64,000 nucleotides of DNA from Cyanophora paradoxa CCMP329. Lineage: Eukaryota; Plantae; Glaucophyta. Shown piece after piece: positions 49,380 to 62,700 of this stretch. A program made the translations under genes and the position numbers. How positions within the stretch are numbered: position 1 is the first letter of the stretch; each line of letters starts with the position of its first letter. The DNA lies in NCBI GenBank assembly GCA_004431415.1, contig QPMI01000200.1:62001-126000 (forward strand), written 5' to 3'. The notes under the pieces are model-generated. The model worked only from the letters and a program-made list of their open reading frames with translations. It was not told the origin of the DNA and ran no database searches.

Positions 49380-52300
49380 TCATTTTTGCCAGGAACAAAC
49401 CTCTTCTAGCTGCCGGCAGACCCTATTCGGAGGGGTCGCCTGCCGTCCTTTGGGGCCCTCTCGGGCCCCTTGGCGGCGGAGACGTGCTCGGAGACGAGGC
49501 GGAGGCGGCAGAGGTTGCGGACCTCGGCGGAGAGCTCCGCGGCGCTCCGCATCAGCTCCCGGCACTGCGCCGCGGCCACGGGCAGCGACGCGTCCGGGTC
49601 CCCCTCTGCGCGCTGCCCTCAGCGGGTCGCCGCGGGGCGGGGGTGGCGCCGCGGCGGCACCGGAAGGAGCGTCGTCGGCGAAGGAGCAGGAGACGGGCTC
49701 GCCGTCTGCCCGCACGACCACGCCGCGCCCGTGCCGCCGCGCCCCGCACAGCCCCCCCACGTACAGGTCCCCGGAGGGGTACGCAATGAGGCCGGCGGTG
49801 CGGAGCGGAGCGCCGTCGGGGGCGGCGAGGGCGGCGGGGGCGCGGTGGGGGTCGGGGGCGGCGGCGTCGAAGTAGGGCTCCCCCGCCGCGTCTGCGCGGT
49901 CGACGAGCGCCTCCACCAGCGCCCTGCGCGCCCGCCCCCTCAGTCACCCGCCCCGCCCCGGCGCGGCGGCGGCGCGGGGCGCGGGGCGCGGACCCGGCAG
50001 CCCAGTGGCCGGCGAGGACGACGGTGCCGAGGGCGAAGGCGCCGGGGCCGTGCGGCGCGTCCTCCCGCCACGCCCCGAGTACGCCGCCCCGTCCGGCCAG
50101 CTCTGCGCCCCGCGTCGGCCCCCGGCCCTGCCCCGCGGCGGACGGCGCGCCTTCTTCCCTGGGCCGGAGAGGGTGTAGCGGTGCCAGCGGCCGGCGTAGA
50201 GGGTCCCGTCGCGCCACGCCTGGGGAGGGTCGGCGGGGCGGCGCGGGTGGGCCGGCGGGGCGGGGCGCACGTAGACGCCGACGCCGTGCGGGAGGCCCCG
50301 CTCGAAGTCGCCCTCGTCTGCGCCCACCTTCGCGCGCCGGCGGCCGCGCGGGGCGGGGCGGGGCGCACAGAGGTCGCCGGAGGCGAAGCGCCAGGTGCCC
50401 TCGCCGTGGGGGAGGCCGGCGGCGAGCTCGCCGGCGTAGAGGGCGCCGGTGGACCAGCGCAGCTCGCCGACGCCGTGCGGGCGCCCCTCGTAGAAGGAGC
50501 CTGCGTAGTGCACCGCCGCCCCGCCCCGCACCCCCGCCAGCCGCCCCTCCCCGCTGTACCGCCCGAACCGGAACTCGCCTGCCCGCGAGACATTGAGCGG
50601 AGGCGAGCGGCGGGGGCGGCGGGGGGCGGGCCCTGGTACGCGTCGCCCTGGGGGCTGGAGAGGGCGCCCTCGCCGTGGAAGAGCATCTCCTCTAGCTCGC
50701 CAGCGTAGTGCCACGCCCCCGTCCGCCCCCCGCCCGCGCTCCACTCCACCGTTCCCCTCTGCCCGCCCAGCTCGCCGACCGCACCCAGCGCGGCGCGGGG
50801 CGAGGGACGGGGCGGCGCGCCGTCAGCTGGCCCCGCTCGAAGCGCCCGGAGAGCTTGCGGCCGTCGGGAAAGACCGCGGCGCCGCCGCCGTGCACCTCGC
50901 CCTGCGCCGCCCGTCGCCGCCGGGGCCCCCGGGCCGGGCCGGGGCGGCACCGCGGCGTCCAGGTCGCCCTCGTAGGCCGGCCCGCCGGGGAAGCGCTTGA
51001 GGCCGTGGCCGGCGGCGGGGCGCCCGACGGCGTCGAACTCGCCCTCGAGCTCCACGCCGTCGGGGAAGCCGCGCACGCCGCGGCCCCCGATGCGGTCCAG
51101 CCTCCACTCCCCCGCGAACCAGCTCCCGTCCGGCCACACCGCCTTCCCTTGCCCGTGCTGCGACTTCCTGCGTGAGGCGCGCGGCGGGGCGGGGGGAACG
51201 GGGGCGCGCCGCGCGGCCGGCGAGGAGGGCGCCGCGGTAGACGGTGCCGTCGCGGAAGACCTTCACGCCCTTGCCCGTCACGCTGCCCCCGCTCCACGCC
51301 CCCTGCCCCCGCCCGTCACGCCCCGCCGGCGCCCCGCGCAGCCGCCGGCGACCCCACCTCCAAGCTCGAGCCATCCGGCCACGTGAGCTTCCCCTGGCCC
51401 GCCCAGCATCCGCCCCGCCAGACCCCGAAGAACCTGCGCGGCGGTGAGCGCTCAGCCCCCCACCGAGAGCTGTGCCCGGCGCCTGAAACGCACTCTGTGC
51501 CGTCGGCGTACACGCAGCGGCCTGTTCCGGACGGCTGCGGGGCCGCGTCAGCGCGCGGGCTGGCGGGCATGGGGCGGGACGGTACCTCGCCGTCGCGGAA
51601 CTCGCCGGTGTACTCCCAGCCCTCCTTGGCGCTCCTGCGCAGGGTCGCCAGATTGCGCGCCGGGGCCGGCCGCGCGCGGCGCACTTGAAGCTGCCCGTCC
51701 CGTCGAACTCGCCGACCTTGAATCCCCCCTCGTAGACGTCCCCATTCAAGTGCAGCTTCTATCAGCGCGGGTCAGGCGCGCCCCTCACGAGGCAAAGCGG
51801 GGGCGGGAGCTGACGGACCCTGCCGCGGCCGTGCAGGGCGCCGTTGACCCACTGGCCGCTCATGTACTCCCCGTCGGGTGAAGTGAGCTCGCCGTCCCCG
51901 TGCGGCCTGCGACTCGAGGTCGGTGCAAAGCGCACGTCTTGCAGCCGCGCGCTGCTCGTGCGCTGCGCAGAGCGCTGCGCCGCGGCGCTCACCTGTCAGC
52001 CTTGAAAAAGCCCGTATAGATGCGGCCCGAGGGCCACCGCTTCGTGCCTCTACCTTCCAGACTTCCGTCCTTGAACTCTCCTTGAAAATCGCCGCAGTTA
52101 AGCCGGGCTCGGCGCGACGCTACCGGCACAGAGTACGGCGACAAGCGAACAAGCACCTTCAAGTACGACCCCGTCCGCAAGCTGCGAAGCGGCATCACAC
52201 ATAGCGCAAGAAATGCAGATGATGATCACCTTCAAACGGCCCCTTCCATTCGCCTTCCCGCCCACCAGCGGGCCTTCGTAAGTCGCCCCACCTGGAAGGT

Positions 52301-52418
52301 CCTTCTGAGAGGAAAGGTGAGCCCGCGTGCACACGCCTGCAAGCGGCCAGGTTCTCACCACCACATGCTCGACCTTGCCGCCGACCCTCGGGCGCTGAGG
52401 TGAGCCGGCCCTGTCCAT
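49380..52418 (-). CDS. MORN-repeat protein, multi-exon
   Basis: Many YxGxFxxGxxHGxG units, e.g. YEGPLVGGKANGRG, YEGGFKVGEFDG, YAGSFYEGRPHGVGELRW, YVGGLCGARRHGRG. Confidence 0.85.
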
Positions 52419-52812
52419 CTTGCTTCCGTGTCGACTTAGCGCTGTTCCATGCGCTGTTCTTGATCAATCAATGCGCTGTAGATCGACTTAGGGTGCGGCG
52501 CGACCTGGCATGGTCCGTGCCAGGCGCAGCTGGCCGCGTAAGCGCCCCCAAGCTAGCTAGCGTAGCTAGCGTAAGCGCCCCCCAGCTGCAGAGCTGTAGC
52601 AAGTCGCTGATCAGGCGCTCGGTATGGGGCTATAGCTAGCCCTGCAGCGCTATAGCCTGCCGCGGTGCACTGCGGGCAACGTACAGGCCCAGCAGCTGCT
52701 ATAGCCCATACCCCGGTTCCAAGGCGTCTTGAGGGCTGCGCCGGCGAGACTAGTACTAGCCTATTAGTACGTAAACAGTACTCCCGCGAGAGTCTCGATG
52801 GGAATGCGCGGC

Positions 52813-53492
52813 CAGTGCTGTCATCATGATGCACACATCATGATGACGCCATCATGATGAGACGTCATTAACGCATCATGATGACCTCGGATTATGATGA
52901 TCGTCATCATGATGTGAGGGGGGGTACCTGTACAGTGCACAAATCTCGTGTTTCTGGTCGCCTGCGCTGTTTTAACGACCTCTTATGCGATCTAAACAAC
53001 TTAACGACACCGTATATGCTAGTCAGAGGAGGTTTGGAGCGATTCTGACGATGCTGAAAGGCTGCTGTGTTGCCGTGGGGGGTACAGGGGGCACCACCCT
53101 TTGCCACTGGCGATGCAAGATCGCACCGATTCGCACTTTGAGAATGGGTGCGGAGACGCTTAACACAGCTTTTAAAACACATAACACACCATCTTGACAT
53201 TGAAGGAGGTTGATCAACCACTCCTCTGCCTCAAAAATCTTGGGAAGAGGGGGGTGTGGACCTCTTTCAGGCCAACCCTGGGCCCAATATCTATCCAGAC
53301 TGGTCAGAAATGAGTCTTAAACACGTCGCGATGCATTAGAAACGCAGCAGAGAGCCCGCGCAGCGAAATAGGAGTGGGAAATGCCCTGGGAAACGATTCT
53401 GACCGCGGGAAGACGTCATGATCGATCATGATGGATCATAATTGACGCATCATGATGCCTGGACGGCCGTGTGCATCATGATGACAACACTG
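52813..53492. mobile_element. Non-autonomous hAT-type MITE (680 bp)
   Basis: 24-bp TIRs CAGTG(C/T)TGTCATCATGATGCACAC (23/24 match), a perfect 8-bp TSD TGCGCGGC (52805-52812 and 53493-53500), and multiple subterminal ATCATGAT palindromes. Confidence 0.93.
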
Positions 53493-54369
53493 TGCGCGGC
53501 TGTGCGCCTCGATGGGCCGGGCCCCGGACCCCGGACCCTCCAATTGCAATTGCAAGCTGTCTCTAGATCTAGATCTAGAGCTGTCTAATAGTTAGTGTCT
53601 ATCTATAGCTAGTATTGCCTCACGGCTTTATGCCGTCAGGAGCCGGCGCCCCGAGTCTCGCTACTCGCAGTGCTTGGCCTTAGTCTCCGCAGCTCTCACA
53701 TTGAGTGCGCCGATTGGACCCCCACTACTTTTCATGTACCCCTCCCGGGCTGACACCCCGTGCGACACACTTGTACCCTGTACTTGTGCTTGCTCCTGGA
53801 ATACCAGCTCTGCTCGCTCTCACCGCCAGCTTGCTAGAACTGCACAGCACGCATGGCTAAGCCTAGCAGCACCATAAACTAGGCTCTTCTGACCCTCGCC
53901 GGGCCTCGTCCAGCCATCCGACCCGCCAGCCGCAGCCAGGCGTGGTCGGACCGCTGGGCGAAGCGATCCGTGGCCGGAGGAGCGCGTTTCGGAGGACAGT
54001 ATTGCGAATCCGCCGCCGCACGCCGACGCCGGACTCGCTAACGGTCGCCTCGTGCATCCGCAGTCCGCGGGAATCGACTGGCACGCCCCCGTCCCACGAC
54101 GGACGCGGAATCGTTGCTAGTGGCATCGGCGACGCTCGGAAACGGTGGATCGTCGACCGGACGCGCCCGTCACCGACCGACATCGACCGACCGACCTCGC
54201 CCCGCCGCCCGCTTCAGCGCCGCGCACTTCTTGGCCTTTCGAAGGGGGAGACTCTGTCAAAATTTCCGGCGGATTCAGCCCTTCGACTCGCCGGTGGACC
54301 GCCGACGCTCAGCTGCGGACTTACCTCGCGATCACTTCCCCCGCCCCCACTTTCTCCCGCCCACGTCTC

Positions 54370-54880
54370 CGCCGCGCTGCGGACACGTGAACCTCGCCGG
54401 AGATCACCGATCGCAGCCGGCCTTCCCGCGTGGAAGCCCGGTCGGCGATCCTCCCTCGGCTCCTCGGACCTCCATCTTCGTCGCTTTCCCCGCCCACTCC
54501 CGCCCGTCGGCCGACGTCCATACGTCGCCGACATCGATTTCCGCACCCGTCATTCCTTTTCCCGGCCGCCGTCGCTCGACGACGCCGCGCCGTCCGTTAC
54601 TCGCCCTTTCCCGCCCTCTCCCCTCGGCTCTCCCTCGCCTCCGCCTCGCTGCGGACGCTACGAGCCTCGGCGGAGACCTCAGATCGCAGCCGGCCCTCCC
54701 GCGCGGAAGCCCGGCCGGTGATCTACGTGCGGCGCCTCGAACCGCCCCCGTCGCCCTTTCCCGCCCTCTCCCCTCGGCTCTTCCCTCGCCTCCGCCTCGC
54801 TGCGGACGCTCCGAGCCTCGGAGGAGATCTTAGCTCGCAGCCGGCCTTCCCGCGTGGAAGCCCGGCCGGTGATCTACTCG
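54370..54880. repeat. Three copies of an ~85-bp unit in the leader of the gag-like element
   Basis: cgctgcggac...cctcg..ggaga....tcgcagccggcc.tcccgcg.ggaagcccgg.cgg.gatc near 54375, 54647 and 54797. Confidence 0.85.
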
Positions 54881-55097
54881 CGGCGCCCCGGCTCTCACCC
54901 GTCGCCGCCGTCCTTGCCCCGCCCCGCCCGCTCGCCAGCCGACGCTCGTTCGTCGCCGGCACCACCTCCCCGCCCGCTGCACTCCGTCCCGATCCCGGCC
55001 GCCGTCGCGCGTCGACGCCGCGCCGGATCCCCCGCCTTCTCGCCCCCGCTCCGCGGCTCCACGTCGGTCTCCTCCGTCTCTGCCGCGTGCAGACACG

Positions 55098-58000
55098 ATG
55101 GATTCCACGCACTTCGGTGACGCGCCACGCCGGCGGACGGCGACCAACTCCATCCTTCAGGAACTGACGGACATCGCGGCGGTCAACTCCTTCGCATCAG
55201 CAGAACGCGATGCCCTCAACTCTCTCTCCAACACGGAGCAACCTACCCTCATTGACTGCGGCGGAGGCATCTACATTACGAGCCCGGGCAATCCGCTTAC
55301 GCCGCAAGGCGTCGTTGCCTGGCGGGACGACGCCAAGCGGGCGATTGACTCAGACACGAAGCGCTACTCTGACGCGGACGACGGCTCGAAACTCGCATTC
55401 GCGGCGGCAACCATGACAGCCAAGGCGCTCCCGTCACAGTACCAGGCCTCCATCCTTGACATGATCGAGTTCACGCATACGCTCACACGCAAGCTCGCCA
55501 AGACCAAGGAGGAGCTCCGCGATGCAGCCGACACGCTTAACGACCACATCAAGGAGAAGGGCCGGAACGTGGATGACCGATCAGCGGAGACGCGCGAGCA
55601 CCGCCTTACGCTCCTGATGCGACGCGACAAACTTCAGCAACAAATCCGGGAGCTCACCGAACGGATCGAGAGCCACCACTGCATCCGTGGATTCCCGTCA
55701 CTTGTACGCTGGATGGCCATCAACATTACACGACAGGAGCGCCTGCGCACGCAGAACGCCCTCCTTCAACCTTACAACGGGTACCCGCTCCCGACGATGG
55801 TCAGCACCGTGGCCAAGGTCCTGCGCTACGTCGGGGCGGGCGCGATCTGCGCGCTGGAGGGCCAGCCAACACCAATGGAGGTGTACGACCTCATCAGTCA
55901 GATGATCGACGCCAAGGAACTTGACAGCGGACGCTACCCACAGCGGTACGCGTTTGTATGGGCCCATAGACTTGGAAGAATTAACGCTTGGTGGTTAAAA
56001 CTCTGTGTAAAAGCGGTAAGTTTGTTACGTCTACACGTAATTGGTAAGCTCGGAACTTGGACTTGACAATTTAGCGTACCCCGGTTCCTGCCCTAGGTTG
56101 GACTTCGCCGCGGCGAAACCGGCGCAAACCGGCTCCCTGGATCTACAAAAAAGCGACCCCGCCTACAAAACTAAGGTAGATAGATGCTAGATGAGCACAA
56201 CGGCGCGCTCGCGGCGCATTTGGCACGTTTGTTTTCAAGTTCCCACGTTGCGACGATTCCCGGCCGGTCTAGTTTGCAGCTGGCACAACGGTCAAGTTGA
56301 AAAAAAAGCGAGAAAACTTTTGAGTTTCCATTAGCTATTAAGTTAATACTGGCTATACGCGATCGCCAAGATATGGTAAATCTAAGTTCCGCGATCGCCA
56401 AGAATTAACCTTCCATGTCTATGGCGCCATACAAACGCGTACCGCTGTGACCCCATCGGTGACTACCAACAGGCCAAGCAGGATAACTTCAAACAGGCTC
56501 GGAAGGCCCTCCCGACACTCAAGGAGACGGCGACGAAGTACCAACCAGCGGACGATGATCTCGGTGACATCAAGGCGTGCAACGACGCGATGGAGAGTTT
56601 CCTACTTGACGTCCCGTGGAACCTCCGCCGCTTCCCGTGGAAAGACGTCTCCCGCCGCTCCGCGACTGTTGCCCCGCCTGCCTCGGCCTCCTCTTCCCGC
56701 TCCGCCGAGAAAACGACCGCCCGTGCCGCGAGCACGCGCGAACCGTTCGACTCCTCGGCCTCCGTTTCCGACGAGCAGCTGGCCGCCCGTGCCGCGCGCA
56801 CGCGCAACCAGCGCTCTCATGACCACGACGACGAGGAGGACGTAGACCACGAGCACACCAAGCCCCGCTCCTCCCAGTCGTCCACGTCGTCGCACCAGCA
56901 TCACCTCGGCTGCTGCGGCGGACAGTACGACAACATGTTCCGTGCAAGCGCCGTCTCGGACCGTGTACTTCAGTTCCAGCTCGGCCAGATCTCGATGGCC
57001 CGCCTTCTCCAAGACTCGCAGGGCACGGAATTTGAAACTCCGCCGACGGATACGATGGTTTACGGCGACGGTGACGAGCCCGAGTACCCGTTCAATTACG
57101 CCGACATTGGTTACGTCTACCAGAATGCGACGGCCCCGCAGACCGCTCCTCTCTACCAGGCGACGGCCCCACCACCCGCTGGCTCGAGCGCGAACTCGAC
57201 CCGGCCCCAGACGCGGCCCTCCGACCATAACTTCAACCTGCCTCGCCTGCAGACGAAGACGGATCTCCTCGCTGGCCTCAACATCCTTCGCCCCGACAAG
57301 CCCGTCCGTCCTAACGGTACACGCTGGCTCTGTGAACGCTGCGTGAAGGCTGGCCTCCCAGAGGACGCCTGCTGGAACTTTGGCGACGATTACCTCCTCT
57401 GCACGACCCACTGGTACCGGTCGGAGCTGCGCAACTTGCCCACCTCCGACCCCATCGTCGCCCAACTCCACCGCACCCTCGGCTTGACCCCGTCTACCTC
57501 GACGTCGACGGGCGTCCCGACCGCTGCGCTACGGACTAAACAGCCTGGCGCTTGCTACCTTTGCGGGGCCTACGGACACTTGGCGGCACACTGCGAGTGG
57601 GTCGACAGGTGTCTCCGCTGCGGACAGAAGGGCCACATCATGAAAGACTGCCCCAACCCGAACGGCGGCGGCCCGGGAGGCCGCGGCGCTGGACGCGGCG
57701 GCCCCGGAGGCGGTCGTGGCGCTCCGGGAGGCGGCCGCGGAGGCTCTGGCGGTGGCTACGGCGGCGGACGTGGTGGTGGTGGTGGCGGCGGCCGTGGCGG
57801 CGCTCCGACGCAGCCCCAAGGCGTCCCCTTCCAGGCCGCGACCTGCACCTCGCGCCCGCCGGTGACGATGGGCATCTCCTACACGGCCTGCCCCCCGCCG
57901 CCCTCCGCTCCCCTCGACGACGAGCCCATGCCCGACGCCCCGACCGCGCCGTCGCACGTCGACGCCGCAGCCTCGGCCTCGCAGTCGGATCTCGTCTCCT

Positions 58001-59754
58001 CCTCGACCAACTCCGCGCCGTCGCACGCCGACGCCGCGACCCCAACCCTCCCGACGGCTGTGCCCTCGCGCGTCGAGGCTGCAGTCGCCGTTCCTGCCCT
58101 CCCCGTCGCTGCCACCCGCGTGCCGTCGCGCGACGACGCCACTACGGGCACGACTGCGATTACTACGACACAGGCCCCCGCTCCCGCCTCCTCTACGAGC
58201 ACTCCCTCGACCGTCGGGACCTCGGTACCTCTGACACCGTCGCGCGCCGACGCTGCCACGACTCCTACGGTCCCTGCTGCCTCGACCCGCTTCACCCCGC
58301 CCGCCGCCAAGTCTACCGCACCGTCGCCCGTCGACGCTGCGCGGACGACTCCCGGCCTCAAGACGTCCAAGGAGCTTGCACTCGAGGTGAAAGCACGGCT
58401 CAAGGCGGCGCAGGTCCGGATCCAGGAGCAGGCTCATTGGGCGGCGGAGCGCGCCCTGGGCACCCACGGCTCCAACGTCGCGGCGGTCCGCGTCTGCCCC
58501 GTCAACGTCACCACCGGCGGCCGCTCCTCTCCCCGTCCCCGCTCCGCCCTCAACATCGAGCGCGAGGCGCGCGCGGTGCTTGCTGCAACGCAGGCGATGG
58601 TCATGGGCTCGACGTCTGCACCCCAGCAGCCCGCTGCTTCCAGCAATGCAAGCGGCGCGCCGGCTTCTTCGACCGCTCCGACGGCCGGCCCTCTCACGCC
58701 GGAGCCTGCGCCGTCCAACGTCGACCGCGACCACATTACGCCGGCGCTCCAAGTGTACGGAGCACCCGTTCCCGGCGCGGAGGACGTTGCGCGCCCGTAC
58801 CTCGAGCTCCTCGCCTACGCTGCACACGCCAAGCGGCAGGACAATATCAACTACCCTGCCGACGTCGTCAGCTCTGCTCACTACCCGACGGGCTTCCCGG
58901 GAGGCGACTTCCGCACGGTTACGTTCGAGGCCCTCCTCATCGTTCCTGTGCAGGGCAAGACGTTGGCGATCGCTGCTCCCAGGGGACCCGCCCTCTGCTC
59001 GCGGCAAGCCGGCAAGCGGCCGCGCGGTTACACTTACGACTCGCGAGTCGCCGGCGAGACTTCGTCGTACTTCATCAAGCCGCACCACAACTTCCGCCCC
59101 TGCTTCATGCAGGCGCAGGACGACGTGACGGACTTGTATGCGGTCGACCTCCGCACGGACAGCTCCTCCGCTGCCGCCGGCAAGCAACAGGAACCCGACT
59201 GTACCGCTTCGCACGCAAGGCGCTTCCAGTCACCCGTACTACACGGTCCTGATGGCGGCCGGCCCGGACCTCCCCGACGGCAAGGCAACCCGCAGGGCTT
59301 ACCAGAAGGCTTTCGCGGCCGTCGTGGATGGTACGGCGACGAAGGAGCAGCAGGACGTGGTACTCCGCGAGGGCGTTCGGCAGCGTCCGCACACCAACTG
59401 GCACCTGGCCCACGCCTCGAGCTCCAAGGCCTCGGGGACTCCGTCGTCTTCGTCGACGCCCTCCCGCCCGACAGCGACCACGGCCGCGCAGCCGTCGTCA
59501 CACGCGCAGCCTACACCGCCCGTGCAGCTGTCCTCGTCCACGGCCACGCAGCCGTCGACGTCGTCAGCCCCACACGCGACTCGGACCTCGACCGACGCCC
59601 CGTCCGACGAGATGGCGTTTCCGGCGTGCACGCAGAGCGCGTTTGCCCAGACGTATGCAGACCTGTACACCCTGCAGCTCCGCCGCAGGGGCGACATCCG
59701 CTTCGACAGCTGGTCCTCGGTGGTGCACGACATCATTGCGTACCTGAAGACTGA
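55098..59754 (+). pseudogene. Gag-like zinc-knuckle ORF (1380 aa when reconstructed), interrupted by a MITE
   Basis: Removing 55939-56452 joins ...DSGRYP|IGDYQQAKQDNFK... in frame with no stop through to the Met at 56590. Confidence 0.8.
55939..56449. mobile_element. Non-autonomous TIR element (511 bp), CAC...GTG ends and 3-bp TSD (CMC: CACTA/Chapaev-like)
   Basis: 40-bp TIRs CACAGCGGTACGCGTTTGTATGG..CCATAGAC.TGGAAG (37/40 match), TSD ACC (55936-55938 and 56450-56452), and an AT-richer interior. Confidence 0.92.
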
Positions 59755-62700
59755 GAAGCCGCCCCGCCCGAAGCTTGCTCTGGGGGTCGCAATGCACCTT
59801 ACGGGCACGCCCTCCTTCGCTCACCTGCCGGCGCTGGATCCCGTTGCTCTCTCGCGCGAGTTCGGCCTCAGCCCCATCCCCATCTACATCCCCCCCGCCT
59901 TCCCCGCTGCCGCGGCTCCGACGCGATCGGACCCGCCGCATGCTGCGGTGCCAACGACGGCGACGACGAATCAGCGTCCCGCGGGGCCGCCGCACCTCAC
60001 GGAGCCCTGGCCACCCCTAGAGGTGCTTGGTACGGCGTTGATCATGACCCCGGCTTCTGCGAACCCGCCGATCGCAGCAACGCTGGCCACGATGCCCTCG
60101 ACGCCGGCGCCCCCGCCCGCGCTCTCCGACTCGACGATGGCGACGTTCCGCAACACCATCCGCGCTTGCCTCGCTACCCCGGCACTTTTGGCTCACCCAC
60201 GCATTGCGTCGAAATTTGAGTCATTTTTCGACGCAGTGCTCCGAAATTTCACGCAATGCTTGAAAATGCGTCGGGGTTTCAAGCAGCGCTTGAAACCCCA
60301 CGCAGTGCGACGCAGCTGCCCGAAACTTCGAAGCACCGCGACTGCGCCAAATTCCCACTGCGTCTGGCTGCGTCGAGCGATGCAGCCTCAGGGCCTGGCA
60401 GCGCTAGCAGGCGCTATAGCTAGTACTAGTAGCTCGTAACCCATGCGGATTGCGGATTCAATGATTGCAGCGCGCGCGCTCGGATCCACTGGGGCAGATC
60501 CGAGTGCGCGGGCGGATTGCAGCGCGCGCGCGGCTGTACCAGTACCGCAGTACTAGTATATACGTACGTGCATGCTTAGTTTGCTCGCGCTTCTGGGCCG
60601 CTGGGCCGCGGCCGGGCCACAGCGGCGACAGGCCCGTGGCCAGCTATTGTGAATCTGTGGCATGCGCTGTTCATAAAAAGATGATGAACTGGAAGTATAC
60701 AGGCTGTCCGGGATCCGAAATCTATCACACGCACCAGCCCCTGAAGCCCGAATCCGAGCGCTAGCTAGTTGCCGAGAAAACGAAAACTAACTGCAATCAG
60801 CTGCCGAACAGCGGGAAGTGCTGCTGTCCTGCCTGCAGCATCGTCCGCCGGCGGCACAGGCAGAATGCGCCCTCGCCGCACTCGCTGCGGCAAGTCACCG
60901 CGCTCGCTGCGCTCAGAATAAGCGGACTCCTAGCTTAAAGAGAGAAGTGGGAAGCAAGGGGACGTCTGCGCACCGAGGAGAGGGTAGCAGTCCCGCTTCC
61001 TCCGCATCCAGCATCCCTTGCCCGTGCCCGACGTCGAAGGCAGAGCGCTCGCTGCGCACGGAGAGGAATGTCAATCTAATGAAAAGAGAATGCGCGCCGA
61101 TTAACAGACCGCACCTGCGGCCGAGCGCCCACACCATGGACTGGAAGAGCGCCTCCTCTGGCCAAAAGGGCGGAGGCGTTGATGGCGCTCGCCGCGCTGC
61201 GGCATCACGGTCAGCGCGCGGATCGAACGAAGATAAGCGAGTGGTGACCGGCAAACGGACCGCTGTGCACCACAGCAGGGTGAGTGAGCAGCAGGCCGGC
61301 TCGCGCCGCGTCCGGGCCGGTCCGGCATCCCTCGACCGCGATGCCGAAGCTGCGTTCGGAGCGTCAACCGAAAGAAGAGAAGAATGCGCGCCGGCAAACG
61401 ACCGCACCTGCCGCACCTGCGCCCCAGCGGCCGCAAGCACAAGAACTCCGAGGCCGCGGCCGTCCAGAAGCCACGCGTCCGAGAACGGCACCCGCTCCGC
61501 TGCGCACGCGGCCGGCGTCACAAAAACATCAACGCGAGAGTAGCGGAAACAAGAGCGAGCACCTGGCCTGCGGGAGAAGACGCTAGGCGAACTGGATGGT
61601 GGTGCTCTGCTCGCGCGGGCCAGTCACCCCGTTCCCTGGACCGCCAGCGGAATGAGGGATTGGGGCAAAGGAGATGAAACGAAAAAGCACCTTGCTTCGC
61701 ATCGGCAGCCGCCTTCTCCTTTTTGCGCGAGCCGACCAAAAGAAGGAACACTTGGCGGCGGCGGCCGGGCTAAGAATGCAGATCAAGGGCGCTTGAAGAG
61801 GCAAGAACGACGCGTACACGAGCGCTCTTCGCCACGAGCGGGCGCCCGCCGCCCTGGGGCAGCGCTCTGCTTTTGAAATCAGGCCGGCGACAGGCGGGGG
61901 ACGCGAGAGGATGCAAGTAGGCACCTTCGAACGTCGTTCGCGCTCGAGGCTCGTCAAGTTCGCGGCAGCTGTGCGGACTCCGTTTGACCTGTTTGAAATT
62001 GTGGAGTAAGGGAGACCAGGATGCGCTGCGGTGGAGAGCCAGCGCCGACGCACCGAGATTGCATTGCGTCCCGTGCTGGAGGCCGCAGCCAGTTCTTGCC
62101 CTGCGTGCTCTTCAAAGTGCAAGGCCGGAATTCGGGGTACACAGCTGTTGGGCGAAAGCGGCAGCGACACCAACAGCGATATCGATCGAGGATGCTTGAG
62201 GTTGCCCTTCGGCTCAGCTTTCCGAGGAAGCCTGAGCGGTCCCATGCTCCTTCGCAGCTCGCTCGGCCGCGGTGCCGAGCACGTTGGCGGAAGCTCGCAG
62301 ATGCGGCGCGCGGCCCTTTCGTTAGCTATAGCTAGGCGCATGTGGCCCGTGTTCTCGCAGCTGCATGTCTATGCCCTGGCGTGGCCGTGTTTCCGTGCGG
62401 CGCCGCGTTCACGGCCTGCCTTCCTCCCACAAACCGACGACGTGCGTCTATGCCGTGCCCTCCGCGTTCCACGCGTGACGTACAGCTCACTCGATTTCGC
62501 AGGGATCGCCGGCGGTGAGCCCGTCGGCCCAGTTGGTTGGCCCTGCGCCCAAGCCGAGCCAAGGTGCGGCGGCCGCCTGGCCGGGAACGGGGGACAGGCG
62601 AACTGCCGCACGCTTCTCGCTGTTGATCTCTCCTTCGTAGCGGGCGATGGAGTGCCGGCACGCCGCTGGCGGCGAGCGCGCCCTGCCGAGCGCGTCGCCA

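Larger units (their letters stand above)
53582..60180 (+). mobile_element. Gag-like retroelement remnant (no pol recognisable in the window); boundaries approximate
   Basis: Long intronless ORF in an otherwise intron-dense genome, with two CX2CX4HX4C knuckles (CYLCGAYGHLAAHC, CLRCGQKGHIMKDC), an RGG tract and a repeat-containing 5' leader. Confidence 0.65.

Noticed and set aside
53582-53853. Confirmed LTR
   Set aside because: The TG...CA ends and following TGG are suggestive, but no second LTR or TSD is in the window.
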